Shown in pieces: positions 1-12,713 of a stretch of DNA of 64,000 bases; within the stretch, counting starts at the first letter, position 1, and each line of letters starts with the position of its first letter. The position numbers and the translations under genes were made by a program. Below the pieces are notes generated by a model. It did no database searches, was not told the DNA's origin, and worked only from the letters and a program-made list of their open reading frames with translations. The DNA is from Ascidiella aspersa (Eukaryota), in assembly GCA_963924565.1 (NCBI GenBank), contig OZ004613.1, forward strand, positions 23,622,001 to 23,686,000. The letters are read 5' to 3'.

Positions 1-433
1 CCGGACTGTCCAACACTTGACATTTGATGCTGGCCAATACATCATCAAAACTATTGTCAGTTTGAAAGCGCAGCAGCATAAGTGCATAGAAGTAGCCGCC
101 AACTGACATGGCGTGGATAACGATTGGCCGTTTATCCACTACTACATTGCATTGTACACTTTTCAGAAATTTACTGCTGTGCTGGAGACCTTGTTTTGGC
201 CACAGAAAGTCAACCAGGTTTGCTTGCCTGGTTACCACTTCAAAGCCAAGCTTTTCATACAATGTCTGGTACTTTGAAATGCCAGTCCTACTTGCTCTCA
301 ACCAAGGTAGTAGAATTACAAGGGGCTTCTTGCCTTGTTGTTTATCATTTGATATGCGTCTGCATGCATTTGAAACATATGCTCCTTGACGGATAAGAGA
401 GGTGGGTCGGTATAACCCCAAAGCTGCATACAT
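1..433 (-). CDS. TMEM53-like (DUF829) alpha/beta-hydrolase paralog 1, 5' part, truncated by the window edge and missing from the ORF track
   Basis: ATG at 433 with an in-frame TAA just upstream. Reads MYAALGLYRPTSLIRQGAYVSNACRRISNDKQQGKKPLVILLPWLRASRTGISKYQTLYEKLGFEVV...DFLWPKQG...IVIHAMSVGGYFY...IKCQVLDSP and stays open to position 2. Colinear with the 762..1523 protein (LPWL, LYEKLGF, FLWP, IHAxSxG, CQxxDSP). Confidence 0.9.
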   Translation of the reverse strand, partial: MYAALGLYRPTSLIRQGAYVSNACRRISNDKQQGKKPLVILLPWLRASRTGISKYQTLYEKLGFEVVTRQANLVDFLWPKQGLQHSSKFLKSVQCNVVVDKRPIVIHAMSVGGYFYALMLLRFQTDNSFDDVLASIKCQVLDSP

Positions 434-761
434 TGTATTTTAGTTAAAAGTTATGAAATATTTAGATGTTTCTCATCATGTCCCTGCAATAGTTGTTTTT
501 TCATAAAAGAGTTAAGAAAACATTTTAATAAAAACGTATGTACGCTTTATTGTAGAACATCAATTAGGATAGATATAATACTTTTTAAACAATAATAAAA
601 ATAATAAATCACTGTTTATCCATAAACCTAATTACAGATTCTTTTTTAACATATTAAATCAATAAAACCAAAAGACTAAATAGGCATTGCACAATACAAT
701 CTAGTACAGGTACACAGTTCTCTGGCATTTTGAGGTGAAATTGGAAAAATAATTAAAGAAA

Positions 762-1523
762 TTACAAACTTGATTTTAAAGCCAAGTGGTTTGGTAAAGC
801 TTTTCCTATAACATCAGTAACTATTTGCTTGTATTCCTCAGGGTGACGTTTGAAATGCATAATATGAGCAGAGTCATTCCATACTTTGCTAGAAAACTGA
901 GAAATATTTTCACTCCAGATTTCGCATAGACCCTGAAACTGCTTTGGTAAAGCCATTGGGTCATTGTCACTGGATAATAATACTGAAGGAACATTCACTG
1001 AGCTATATTTAAAAGCATTGATTAGTTGGTGATAGTATCGAACTGTATATGATTTCGTAGCCATGAAGTAAAACATAGTTGAATACTGAACTAACAGTCT
1101 TCTAAATGTCCCCTTAGTAGAAACCTTTCCAACACCATAGGCCATCTCTCTAAGGTTTCCCACGACAGGACTGTCCATTATTTGACAGCAAATCATGGAC
1201 CTTATACTTTTGAACTTGGTTGGTTCTTGGTTGAGGCAATGTAAAATGATGGAGTAAAAAAAGCAGCCAATTGAAAAGGCGTGAATGATCAAAGGACAGC
1301 CATCCGGGTTGATTTCAGTCTGTAGCTCAATAAGAAATCTCCTCCCATTTTGTATTCCTCTTTCAGGCCATAGGAAATCAGTGATGTTGCAGTTTTTCAC
1401 AATTACCTGAAAGCCAAGCTTTTCATAAAGCGTAACAAATGTTTCTATTCTTTGTTTCGGGGCTGCAAGCCAAGGAAGCAATAACACTGTTGGTTTGGAA
1501 TCAGCCATTTTCTTTGGTTTCAT
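762..1523 (-). CDS. TMEM53-like (DUF829) alpha/beta-hydrolase paralog 2, intronless, 253 aa
   Basis: Motifs LLLPWL, IHAFSIG (nucleophile elbow), DSP, SDND (Asp) and WNDSAHIMHFKRHPEEY (His) are typical of the DUF829/TMEM53 family. C-terminus is LKSSL. Confidence 0.88.
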   Translation of the reverse strand: MKPKKMADSKPTVLLLPWLAAPKQRIETFVTLYEKLGFQVIVKNCNITDFLWPERGIQNGRRFLIELQTEINPDGCPLIIHAFSIGCFFYSIILHCLNQEPTKFKSIRSMICCQIMDSPVVGNLREMAYGVGKVSTKGTFRRLLVQYSTMFYFMATKSYTVRYYHQLINAFKYSSVNVPSVLLSSDNDPMALPKQFQGLCEIWSENISQFSSKVWNDSAHIMHFKRHPEEYKQIVTDVIGKALPNHLALKSSL

Positions 1524-2436
1524 GTTTGGTAAAACAAAACAAAGTAAAATAGGATTTTGGCAGTTTATTAGGACAAACAGTATTTAAATATTTTTCTGTC
1601 TCATCTTAAGATGTCTATTGCCGAGAAAAAATAAGTCCTTCTTCCATGTCAAGCTACATTCAGTAGCCAACAATCATCAAAACAGGTTGTTTAACCTATT
1701 TTATCATTTAATAAAACAGTAATTTTGAGGTAACAGGAATAGAAAAAAATTTTTACAGGTAAATTTTTGAGGTAACACAAATAGATAATAAAACATAATT
1801 TTAAACATATTCGGTATGTATATCTGGATATCATCAAATATTTTACATATATATATATATATATAAAATTATATTAACTAGGGCAGGGCAATTAATTAGG
1901 CGAAGAGAAAAACTCTTGTTTTCATCACAATGAAAACACATTTTACAATCTATGTTTTAATTAAAAATAAAACTGCTTTAAGATAAATTATGTGTTCAGT
2001 TTGCAGTAAAGGTGGGGAAATTTGTTAATAACTTTTAAAACAATTCAAATTTGATCATTAATTATCAACTTGAGTTAATGTTATTTTCATTATAATTGTG
2101 ACTTATTTCAAAAATATGGAAAAAGAGAATTTTTATTTTGAGTATAAACGTACATTGAAATTTGTCAATCTGCTATAAAGCATTTATTATACGAAGATTA
2201 AGGGACAATACAAAATGAAACAGACAGAAAACTATGAGGAATATTATTTGATTGGTCATTGGAGGCATGTTTAGTACGTCGTTTAGTACATCTAGAAAGT
2301 AAATAGCAAGCACATCATAACGTATAACACCACAGATCTCCAAAAAACAGTAATAAATGGATTGTTATCAAACTAACATGTTGGTACAACAACAAATTAC
2401 TGTTTATTAATATTGCAAGATTATATTAAGTTTGTT

Positions 2437-3182
2437 TTACAACTTAGGAACAATTTTTAAATTATTTCCAAAAACTGACGACAAGGTGTTAAATAGCATC
2501 TGCTTATATTCTTCAGGATACAAAGCCATGTGGCGCGCATGCAATGACTTGTCCCACAACTTAACCGTTACGTTTGACAGCCTCTCATTCCAAACTTTAC
2601 ACATTGAATCCAAACCAGACTGCAAAGCAAATGGGTCATTTTTACAAATATAAATAACTGAAGGTACATCCAAAGCTAAGTAAATAAAAGAATCCACTAC
2701 TTGCTGATGGAGTTTTGCTGTGTAAGGATGAGTAGCAGCAAAGAAAATTTGGGATGCAGCATTTACAACCGACCCCATTAAACTGTTGCCAACAACACTT
2801 TGGCAAAGCCAGATGACATTTCTTTGTAGCTTCCAACAACTGGACTGTCAATTATCTGACAACATATGCTAGATTTTATTGAACCAAACTTTTCTGGCTT
2901 TTCATGGATGAACTTAAGCAGAATCCCATAAAAATAGCAACCTATAGAAAAGGCATGCACAATGATTTTTCGCCCTGTTGTACAGACTGGAAGCAGTTCT
3001 TCAACCATACACTTTTCCACATCTTTCATTGCACTTCTTGGCCAGAGAAAATGCTGTGCAAAACTCTCTTTGACTATAACTTCAAAACCAAAGTTCTTAT
3101 AGACTTGAAGATATTTGTCGCATTGCTGTGACGTAGACCCCAACCATGGCAAGAACAAAACAATTGGACGTGCTTTATCCAT
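2437..3182 (-). pseudogene. TMEM53-like paralog 3 with a single 1-nt frameshift near 2797 (recent pseudogene, null allele or sequence error)
   Basis: ORFs 2778..3182 and 2437..2778 are the N- and C-halves. The junction AAA GT GTT GTT GGC lacks one base, and adding it restores exact colinearity with paralog 2. HAFSIG, KND and HARH motifs are intact. Ends IVPKL. Confidence 0.8.
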
Positions 3183-3495
3183 TACAATTTAAAAAGGAAT
3201 ATTAGTTTTTATATAAATATATATTGGTCGTACTATTTATACAACGATTTATCACAACAATGGAAAATACTATTGGGCCTTGCTAAATTAACCATGTTGA
3301 TAGATGGACCGGAAGGGTTAAAATGGCAAAACGCACTGCATTCGTAATGTACACAAAGTTACATAACTGAAAATACACCGGCTCATGAGCTAGCTTCAAA
3401 AGATTAAAGTGTTTGTGTACACACTAAATTCGCACGCTTCGATGATTTTACTAAAGGCGCGTTTTTTAAGTGTCTTCTACGCACAGCTGACTTAA

Positions 3496-4126
3496 TACAG
3501 GAATGCCACCCGATCCGTTAGAAATCAGTGCATTTCTAAGCAAAAAGGTCTACGACAATCAGGGCATCGAATGGCAGAAAAGTCTAGACTTTTAGACCTT
3601 GAGGTCCTGGCAATGCACTGATTTGGACCTTTAGGTAAACTCCCGGCGAAGATAAATTAAAAATATTCATTAAAAGTTCAGAAAAGATAACCAAAAATAT
3701 GAGATAGGGTTAATAACACTTGACCCACCTAAACCCTAACGCTAACCCGAATCCTAACCCAAATAATGTGCGTTATTTTAATAATTCTTTAAATACTGGG
3801 GAAAAAAGCCCAAACTCGGATGGTTTCTCGTCCATTGTATTTAAGATTATTACGTCACAAATTGATGTATTGGGGCATGAAGCGTTATAATTATTAAATT
3901 ATCGCACATTATTGGGGTTAGGGCGCTGGTTAGCGTTTGGGTTTGGTTGGGTCAAGTATTGTTAAACTTAATCTTCTTATGCACATTTGTTAATGCAAAT
4001 TGGTGCATTGTCCAAGACCTCAAAGTCTAAAAGTCGGACTTTTTGATCCTTTGAATGCACTGATTGTCGTAGACCGTTTTGCTTAGAACTGCACTGATTT
4101 CTGACGGATGGGGTGGGAATGCCGTA
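3496..4126. mobile_element. Foldback/MITE with long terminal inverted repeats and inner CCTAAC-like inverted repeats
   Basis: About 3496-3626 is the reverse complement of about 3998-4126. An inner pair at about 3710-3775 and 3900-3960 is also inverted. The inner motif recurs at 58975-59118. Confidence 0.75.
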
Positions 4127-5508
4127 GTAGGCCCACAGTGGTTCTCAACCGGGGGTCCTCGGTAGAGATGGTGAGAATATAAAATTTGTGTTCGCTGCCC
4201 GCATCCCAATTTAATAAGTTGTTCGCAAGCTGAGCTGCACCGCAAAATTTGAGCACTATAAGCAACATATTCCAAAACTTAAAAACACCATTACAAACAC
4301 CTAGAAAGATAGTTCAAACATAAAAGTACGGACAACAGCTTACTTTTCAGTGATGAAACAACTATGTGTAAACTGCTTTCTATTTCACTTCAATTAACTA
4401 AAAAAAATAGCTTATGACGCACGAGGTGCAAGCGGCCGCATATACGCTGCGCGGTTGACATCTCTAGTCCACAGACCCCTAGGGGTCCGCAAAACGATTT
4501 CAGGGGGTTCGCAAAAACTTCCTAATAAACCTTTATTAATGTGGATATGTGGATTTTTGTTTTCATTTTACTTTATTCTTCTTATAAAGTTTAATCACAT
4601 ATTACGCTGGTTATAACGCCCATCGGAGAAATCAACTTGGTCAGTAACTCAATATGCTATGGGTTATTCAGCCAAAAATGTTTTTTTGTTGTGTTTAAGC
4701 AAGGAATAGATAACCTAAACTCCTTGTACATTTTAGTTTAGTTCTTTAAAGATATAGCAAAACACATAAAATTATTGGTTTCCTTGCGTTTTCAGCGAGC
4801 AATCTACAGTGCAATAGGATTCAACTAAAAAGTTATCTAAAAGCCCATGCTGATTTTTATTAAAATCGCAGACATATAATTTTAATAGGGAAAGATGACG
4901 CACTGCAAGCACAAAATATTCTCATTACCTGAGAGAAAATAGCTTTTTTTTTACAATATAGGAAACATATTGCGATATAAGATGCATCGTTGCACAGAAG
5001 CTATTGCAAAATAGACTGTTTAAATAAACTCAATTTTAAATGACGTTAACTTTTTGTCGCTGAAAGCCAAAATTAAGTTGGCGAAATGCGTAAAACTTTA
5101 ACGATTACAAAAACACATTGGTAGGTTGTTTTAATTATTAAACTTCGCAAATATCAAATTAAAAAGTGTTTCATAAAATATGTGTAGCCTAAAATGTAAA
5201 AAAAAATCCTTAAACACAGATAAAAGTTTGTTCGCAAAAAGGCAGTCTGATTTTTTTACGAAAAAAGGATAATATGCTTAGCACTTATAAAATGTTCTCT
5301 TTGTTAAACCATTTATATTGTCGTAATATTAATGCGTTGTAACTCTGCCTTCGTTAATTTCGCAATGAAATACGTTTTTCGGTGCTCTACGTTTTGGTCG
5401 TTGTTTCCATGTTCCAAAACATGGCAATGACCACGATCTGCGTGATTTTAGGGAGCAACATTATTTTGCTTTCAAATCACAATCGTTTTGAACGAGTTTG
5501 ATTTGTCG

Positions 5509-8500
5509 TCAAGTTGTAGTCTGTTCCTGATCGGATCTCTCTGTCTCTTCGTAGGCTTCGTTACGCACCGCTGCGTCCGCACGAGGCGTAGAAGATCCAC
5601 CCACAAGGCCGACTTCAGTTTTAAGCGATACGATCTTTGCAAAGTCGTACGACAACGTGCAAGCGAAAAAGAGGCATAAGTAAATGAACGTCCATTCCCA
5701 TATGGATGCGAACAACAATATATTACCGGCCACAGGTTTTTCAACCTGTCAACGAAAATGACATACATAAATAACGTATTGACCTTAATAGAACCACCGG
5801 TAGGGTTTTGGTATATATTTGCAATAAGAAAAGGAATTGATAACATATAGCTTACCACTATAACGTGGTAATTGTAGGGCTAACCGCATGGAAAGACTAA
5901 GAGCAACACGATCTAACGTGTTTTACTTTACATGGTTAGTCATGGAGCCGAACGTTAACGATATGCTAAATAAAACAATGTAAATGTTATAGGCCTATAC
6001 TCTACAGTGTAAATCGCAGTGATTTTTCTTTTAATCCAATTAAGGATTCTATAGATATGATAATGCTCTTCAAAAGTTAAAAATAATATAACCTAGCAAG
6101 TCTAGTAAAATTAGGATTATTTTGTTCATTGTAAAACAAAAACGTTTACTTACCATTACAATAATTAATAAAATTATAACTTGATCCCAAAAATAGCTTG
6201 CTGAGAAAAATGGCGGTAGTTGTAAATAGTATGTATATCGCACTTTAAACAAAACAGAAGGGTCAACCAGCTCCCTATTTGATAATATTCAATCTTATTG
6301 CACCGAATAGTTGTCAAGTAATAACATATTTAAACTAAAAATAGTAAGTAAAAACATATAAAGTTTAAAAAAGGATACATAAAACTTGAGATATATTTGC
6401 TATAACAGCGATTGAAATCCTCAGAACCACGATCCATTTAGGGTAGATTTTCTTCCTCTTGAGGGCAACTGACGTCACCGTAACGAGAACACAATAAACA
6501 CCAAGGACTGAAAGAAAAATCATGTTCACGCAGTCGGGCGCGGATCCAGAATTTTGGTTTTGGTGGTCCATGACATTTTTTAGACGTGAAGTCATAGGTT
6601 TCGCCATAACGTGACGTATTAAAATAACATTCAAACGTGACGTCATAAATAGGTATTAAGGACACTACTATACATATTCGTTTATTTTGTTCCGCCACCA
6701 ACTGGATCCGCCCCTGTACATCAATGTTGAATAATTTACCAAACTGTCAATTTTGATTTATTAGATTACGGTACTTGCAATATTGGCTTTTTATATTCAA
6801 ATGGATTGTTTTCGACTCTGATCAAACATTGGTGTTTAATGATTCGGTTACGTCAGGTAATAACTTCGGTTTTAAAGTAACAATATTTAGTATTTCCTAT
6901 AATAAAATTTAGTATTTTCCTTTTTTATGCGTTAGTTTAATGTACCTTTGTAATAGTTTAGGAATACATTTTCCGTCACTTTCTATATAGTTACATAAAC
7001 AATACTACAAGAACTAAAGTTGCTTTCTGATTATGTTAACTTGCATTGGGCATTTCTGAATATTTTTAACACTGGCAAAAAATTACCACGCAATGTGATT
7101 TCAAAGACAAGTGAAATAAATATAAGGTTGAAGTGATAAAAAATGTAAGTGAGTGGTGCACAACTTTGTTAATAACGAAAATGCAAATTTTAAATATTTT
7201 TTTATGTTATTAAAGCGGTTAATTGAGTAAAAGTAACATCATAAATTCCATATTCATAGCTTTTAGCGTTAACCTGACATTTATACAATCCGATAACTTA
7301 TATGTTTGGACTAAATCAAGCCATTTTGCATCTAGTCACTTTTTCTTGACCGTAATTTGGAATGCTTAATTTGGGAAGACCTTATACAACCACTTAGTGC
7401 ACTATAGTATTTAAAATTAAAATAAATAAAAAATGAAAACTGTCACATGCAAGCAAAATAAGGTTTAATATATACTTACATACAAACACTCCAAAAGCAC
7501 CTATAAAATGTACGACCGGCAACTTGTGAATCTGAAAGCATAAAAAAAATGATTTATACTTCACCCTATGTTATTGCATGTATATTTGTACAATGGTGTG
7601 ACAGGCTTGTGTGTAATCAACTTAAATTATCAGCGCAAGACGAACCAGCTGACCAATCGCACATGTGCGCATAAAATGTGGATAACAAAGTAAAGCAAAA
7701 ATCCTGATAAAAAGGGTTGTCAAGATGTTGGGAAATTATATTCTATAGCAGTGCTTCTCTACCTTTTCTGGTTTGGTGAACCCTTATAGTTGTTGTGGCG
7801 AACTCATGCACCCTGTTTAATTAAAAGGTAAACTGAGGTAAAAAGCGATATGAAAAATCATTATGCATATCGATATCATCATGTCAATTAAACCTAGAGG
7901 AGCTGCCGAAGTTTCACACACTTTCTGTAAGAGTTTAATTTTGGTTACAGGCTGCCTAGCGAGTACTAGTGCATATCACAAAACAGCATTCAAACAAACT
8001 TGAAAAATAGTAAAGAGACTATTTAATGACTGTTTTGTCATTAAAAATATCAAATATTAGTGGTTCATTAAAGGTTTGTTATGCACCCTTGTACACATTT
8101 TTGTATTGGTGCAACCTAGTTGAAGACCACTGTTTTATCGAGAGATGGATACACGTTCAATTCTGAGGGTTGAGTTTGTGATCCTGTGTAGCAGGGCTAA
8201 ACTGAGTTTGTTTAGGGGCTGAAGCGCGTTACGCCAACATTGAATCCGACTCCATTTGTTGAGTTGCATGTTCCAACAGCTTCGCCACAGAAATTTATTA
8301 AACGTATCTGAGTTTATTGAATAACAGCAAAACGGCAATCAACTTGGAAAAATAGCCAAAGGTGCAGGGTGTACAGTACTAACGGTATAGAATAGTATAG
8401 CTTCAGTCTGTTGTCTTAGGTATAGTTAAACCATTTGTCCCGTTCTGGTTCCCGTTGCAGTTACCATTCAATTCCCTTTCTTTGGCTTTTGGCCAATCGT

Positions 8501-9964
8501 TTTGTACACATCGTCTGCCATAGAATCATTTAGCAGAGGCGTGTTAACGGGTAACATCTCCGCGTTACTTGTGTTAAGGTCATTGGGTCACGTCATAAAG
8601 TTTGGTTTTATAACTTAATTTCAATATTAACAATAAATAAAAAAATGTCCACTGCAGATTCTCTTATCACATAGCATGTCAAACATCTGGTTTCGTATTT
8701 ACCTGAAAAGATCCAGTAATTATCATGGAAAGGCTGGCCACGGCGATAACGTACCACGAGGCCGTATTCACTTTCGCCACTCCGAGAAGCTGTTTGACGT
8801 AACTGTGAATAAACAGGATATTTTTAGCATAGTATCCATCAAGCGCACACCAGAGAAGCAAAATGTTATGAAACCAAAATTATCCACAGAATAGAATATC
8901 ATTAACGTACGAAAACGCCTTTTTGTAATACTTTTGTATTAAACCATATCACACAAATGCTACGAAGGCAGATTTCCTTACCAGTAATATGTATGACCAA
9001 CGAAAAAGAGGCCAAATGCAGCGGTGGACATTACCAACGTGAAAATAAAGCTTTGTGGTGGCGTTACGCCGGCGTCACTGATGAAGGGCCACTTCCGCTT
9101 TCCAAGTTCGCTGTTTTGGCTTTTTAAAATTCCAACGCTGAAAATAAGGTATAATGGTTGCGTATGAGGACAAGCATTCTTAAACTTAGCATCGCGATGC
9201 CGTGGTGGGTCAATGCAATTTCCAAGGGCATCGCACAATGTTTCTGATTTAAACTGAGGTAATAGAAAGCTACAGGTTATTGCCTCTAATCGTGTGCACT
9301 GATTTGGTTCGCCGCAAGTCCAACAAACTTTTTCAAAAGCGTCGCAAGAAAAACGATTATGAACTTCTGACGTCGGACAAACCAATTCACAACCGGGATA
9401 ATTGTTTAGAATTTCTATATACACGTTTACAAGTTAAAGAATTATGTGCAGCCAATGTATTCTCTAAGATTTTGGGACGGTACAGCAAAACACATGATTT
9501 TCTCTTATAAACATGTAAAACGAATAAAAAACGAGTACTAATATCCAGGAAACATTTACCAGGATAGGGTCCCTGAAAGATTTGTTTTTGTCACATTCAC
9601 CTATTCAGCTTGCAATACAATCGACATTACTTCTACTTTTCCTAAAAAAGCTAAACAATTAACCAGTAACGTTTATTGCGTCATTATAACCGTGAAAAAA
9701 ACAAAAAAAAACAAAAAAACAATTGAAAAAACATCGGATCCAGCCCAATAGCCATGTTGATGAACAAACCTGACGTTTAAATTTATGCAAACGCTTTTCG
9801 TTGTAGTCAACCTGCTACTTAAAGTGTTTCGAGATAGGGAACCGACAATCGTAAACCAACAAACGTCATAAAACGCTCTTAACTTACCAAATGAAGAATC
9901 CAGCTCCGGCGTACAGGGCAAAGGCAATAGGAATGGGGGCGAAGGTTTTGCAAGTTGCCAACAT
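5509..9964 (-). CDS. DRAM/TMEM150 (Frag1/DRAM/Sfk1) family membrane protein, paralog A, 258 aa, 7 coding exons
   Basis: Exons 9964-9888, 9137-8982, 8802-8703, 7531-7480, 6507-6379, 6179-6154, 5745-5509; all GT-AG, phase-consistent, 777 nt. Motifs WPFISDAGVTPPQS, GSFQ, VHFIGA, IWEW, SYDF. Confidence 0.9.
6180..6378 (-). other. U12-type (minor spliceosome) GT-AG intron, DRAM paralog A
   Basis: 5' splice site GTATCCTTTT. Degenerate branch point TTTTCTCAGC about 20 nt from the AG. Followed by a 26-nt exon. Confidence 0.8.
6531..6716. mobile_element. Short non-autonomous DNA transposon (MITE) in an intron
   Basis: Imperfect TIRs ...GCGGATCCAG / CTGGATCCGCCCCTG; no clear TSD. Confidence 0.5.
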
Positions 9965-12713
9965 CGCGGTTTGATGTTTTGTAAACAAGCCAAGTAATGT
10001 GAAAACGTATATCACGTTATATTACGTCAGCATGTTGTTATATGACAAGAACAATCTTTTCGCTATAGGCAAGACATTTAAATACTGTCAAGCTCTGATG
10101 TGAAACATTTTAGAAACAACGGTTAACTAATACAATTGGTGCCTGTAAAGATTGGATTTAAGCGTTTCGAACAGTAAAGGCCAAATAAGAAAATAATTAC
10201 TACAAAGGGAGTATAGACGTAAATAATTTGATTATTTTTTTCATTTTGCCGCTTCCTACCAATATATGTTCATAAAACGTAAAACACAGGTAATATTTGG
10301 AAATTACTTTTAGCAGGTAATTATATCTTACATTGACATGCTACGTTTGACGTTCATTTTACAGGTTCTCTGATCTGCGGACTAGAATTATATCTTATGG
10401 TGGCACTGGTAAAGCGACAGTTTTGTTGAACATAGTAAATATACTACAAAAGCCAGTCAACATCAGCACCCTGACAGTCCGACAGTAGTAATAATAAATT
10501 CACATCGACCGCACAAATTCAAAATTCAAAGTTTGTTTAGGCGTTCCAATGCACACAAATAAAAATATCATAATACACAGTAGCTATAACTACAATTTTG
10601 TAAAACTGAAACAAATAAATCATTTGCAACAAGATAAAGAAGCCATAGAGCGGTATGGAAAACTTTCAACTACAAAGAAAATAACGACAAAGCACCACTT
10701 CTGCGCCACTATGCTGGCAAACACATGTTCATTCTGAGGCAGAGGCCTCTCATTGCACATGTGCTTCAGAATTCAGAATAACGTTTTTAGAACAACCTTC
10801 TATGAAAAAGTTGGACATATGTGAAGCTGAGTGGCTGAAGGTAGTTAACGCAACCATTAACATACAAAAAATGGTTCTACCGCGAATAAGATAAAACGCT
10901 ATCTTATCGCTACCCATTCGAGCCGCATTTCACCGTCTAGCATCTCACATTGGGCATTTTTCCACTTCCATCATTTATTGCGTCGCCAACTCGTTTGTCC
11001 CAGTTGTGTTTCCTACGAGGCTATAGTGCTTTTCCTCACGTTTTAGTTTTTATACCTTTTTTTAGTCTATTGCCTTGTTCAGTATTTTATTGTTTACTTT
11101 TATTGGTTTGTTGATGGCTGTGCTCTGATTTTGTTTATGTATTTGTACTCTTACAGGAATTAACGACGCCACTTGGCGAAATATATTTTCCTTCTAAACA
11201 AAACGTCTGATCGTTTTTTTACTCATGTTTTAACAATGAGTTTACTTGTTAATATTCGAATCGGCGGAGCAGTGATCGGCTGGCTAAAACCTGCCGCCGA
11301 TGGTTTTGGATTCTATAAAGATGCATCCTAACGTAAAATTTTGTGTACTCCTTTAAAAATTGCTGCTGTTGTCTCATCCTTATTTCTACACGCTTTGCTA
11401 CTTAAAGTTTGCAGTTTCATGATGAATTGCTCTTATTCACATCTTACCCTCTGCACTGCGTCAGTTGTTCTCAAACCATTGCCTGCTGGACTTTTTCCTT
11501 GAGTCATGTAAACCGCCTAAAGGCAACACGTGGTATCAGTTAATAGAAGGTTGGTTAATAGTCATGCGATATCGAGGTTTTTTTTCGTGTGACTAAGAAA
11601 CAGGCTTGTGACACTAAAACCTTCGGCGTTGTACAAAGCCTAACGTTTTGAGTGAATAAACAAGGCGTCGCCTTTCAGCATTATCATAGAACCCGAAACT
11701 TTACTTGAATGCTTCTCGTGGGCGTTTAGTTTCGTTTGCAAGCGTTTCAAAGTTACAAATATTGACCAGAATAGTTTTAATCACACGATCTTTTCAGGAG
11801 TTTAGATTGTTATTATTATTCCTCGTAGGCAACTTTTTACTTAGGCAACAGTTTTAGCGTTTTTTGCCCAAAATGGCCCACTATATACTCAATTTGTTCA
11901 CACGGTCTTTGATCAAGTATAGTCTGACATTTTTTACTTCTCATGAAAATTTGCCGCTTGTTTGTAAATTGTTTTTGTACCAATTTATAATGCTCCATAT
12001 GAATTTAAATGTCATTTAAAACACTCTTGGAAAATTGTGGATACAGATTATTGTTATTACATTTTTTGCACTAACATTGGCCAAAAGTCAAGAAAAACAA
12101 ATTGTTTCTTTAAAGACAATAAAATTGTTATGCTAAGGAATTTTAGTCATAAAGACATTATAATAACATTGACACCCAGGCTATATAACTGCTTAAACCG
12201 AAAAAAAATTGAAATTCGTCTATACAGGGCTCTACATTACTTACATTATTTATTTAAAAAATGATTTTTCTAAAACGAACTTAGCAAATTGCACTAGTAA
12301 ACAGCGATACACTGTACGATGTAGATAAAAAATATAAAACACACATTAACAAAAAACACATCCCGAAGAAATTCCTAAAGACTAAGAACTTTCTCCAGTC
12401 TTAACTCGATTCTTATAATAATGACATTTTAACAGATAGAAATTTCTCTGATTTTGTAAAGCTCAAATAAAAAAAACAAACGTTTCGGCCTTTTTAAGTT
12501 GGCTTAAAAACTCGAACCCGAGAAGAATATTTCCCTTGAACTGTGGATCAAGACTGAACTGTGGAAAGTCGGACGATAAACGTATACACCAGTATGTTTT
12601 GCCTAAATTTAACTTGCATAAGTATTACTCGCTAGAGCTACTTTAAAACGATGAACATAACGACAACGACATTGCAACTCAATTCAAGATGATTAAATAT
12701 GTCCAATCCTCAT

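Noticed and set aside
108-396. Two plus-strand ORFs at the window start
   Set aside because: They are antisense to the real minus-strand TMEM53-like paralog 1.
5472-5858. ORF-track ORFs 5488..5679+, 12699..12893+ and 5472..5858- look conserved between paralogs
   Set aside because: They are antisense or alternative-frame shadows of the duplicated DRAM last exons.
11260-11520. Possible decayed gag-like fragment on the minus strand
   Set aside because: Interrupted by stops, with only a vague pattern match.
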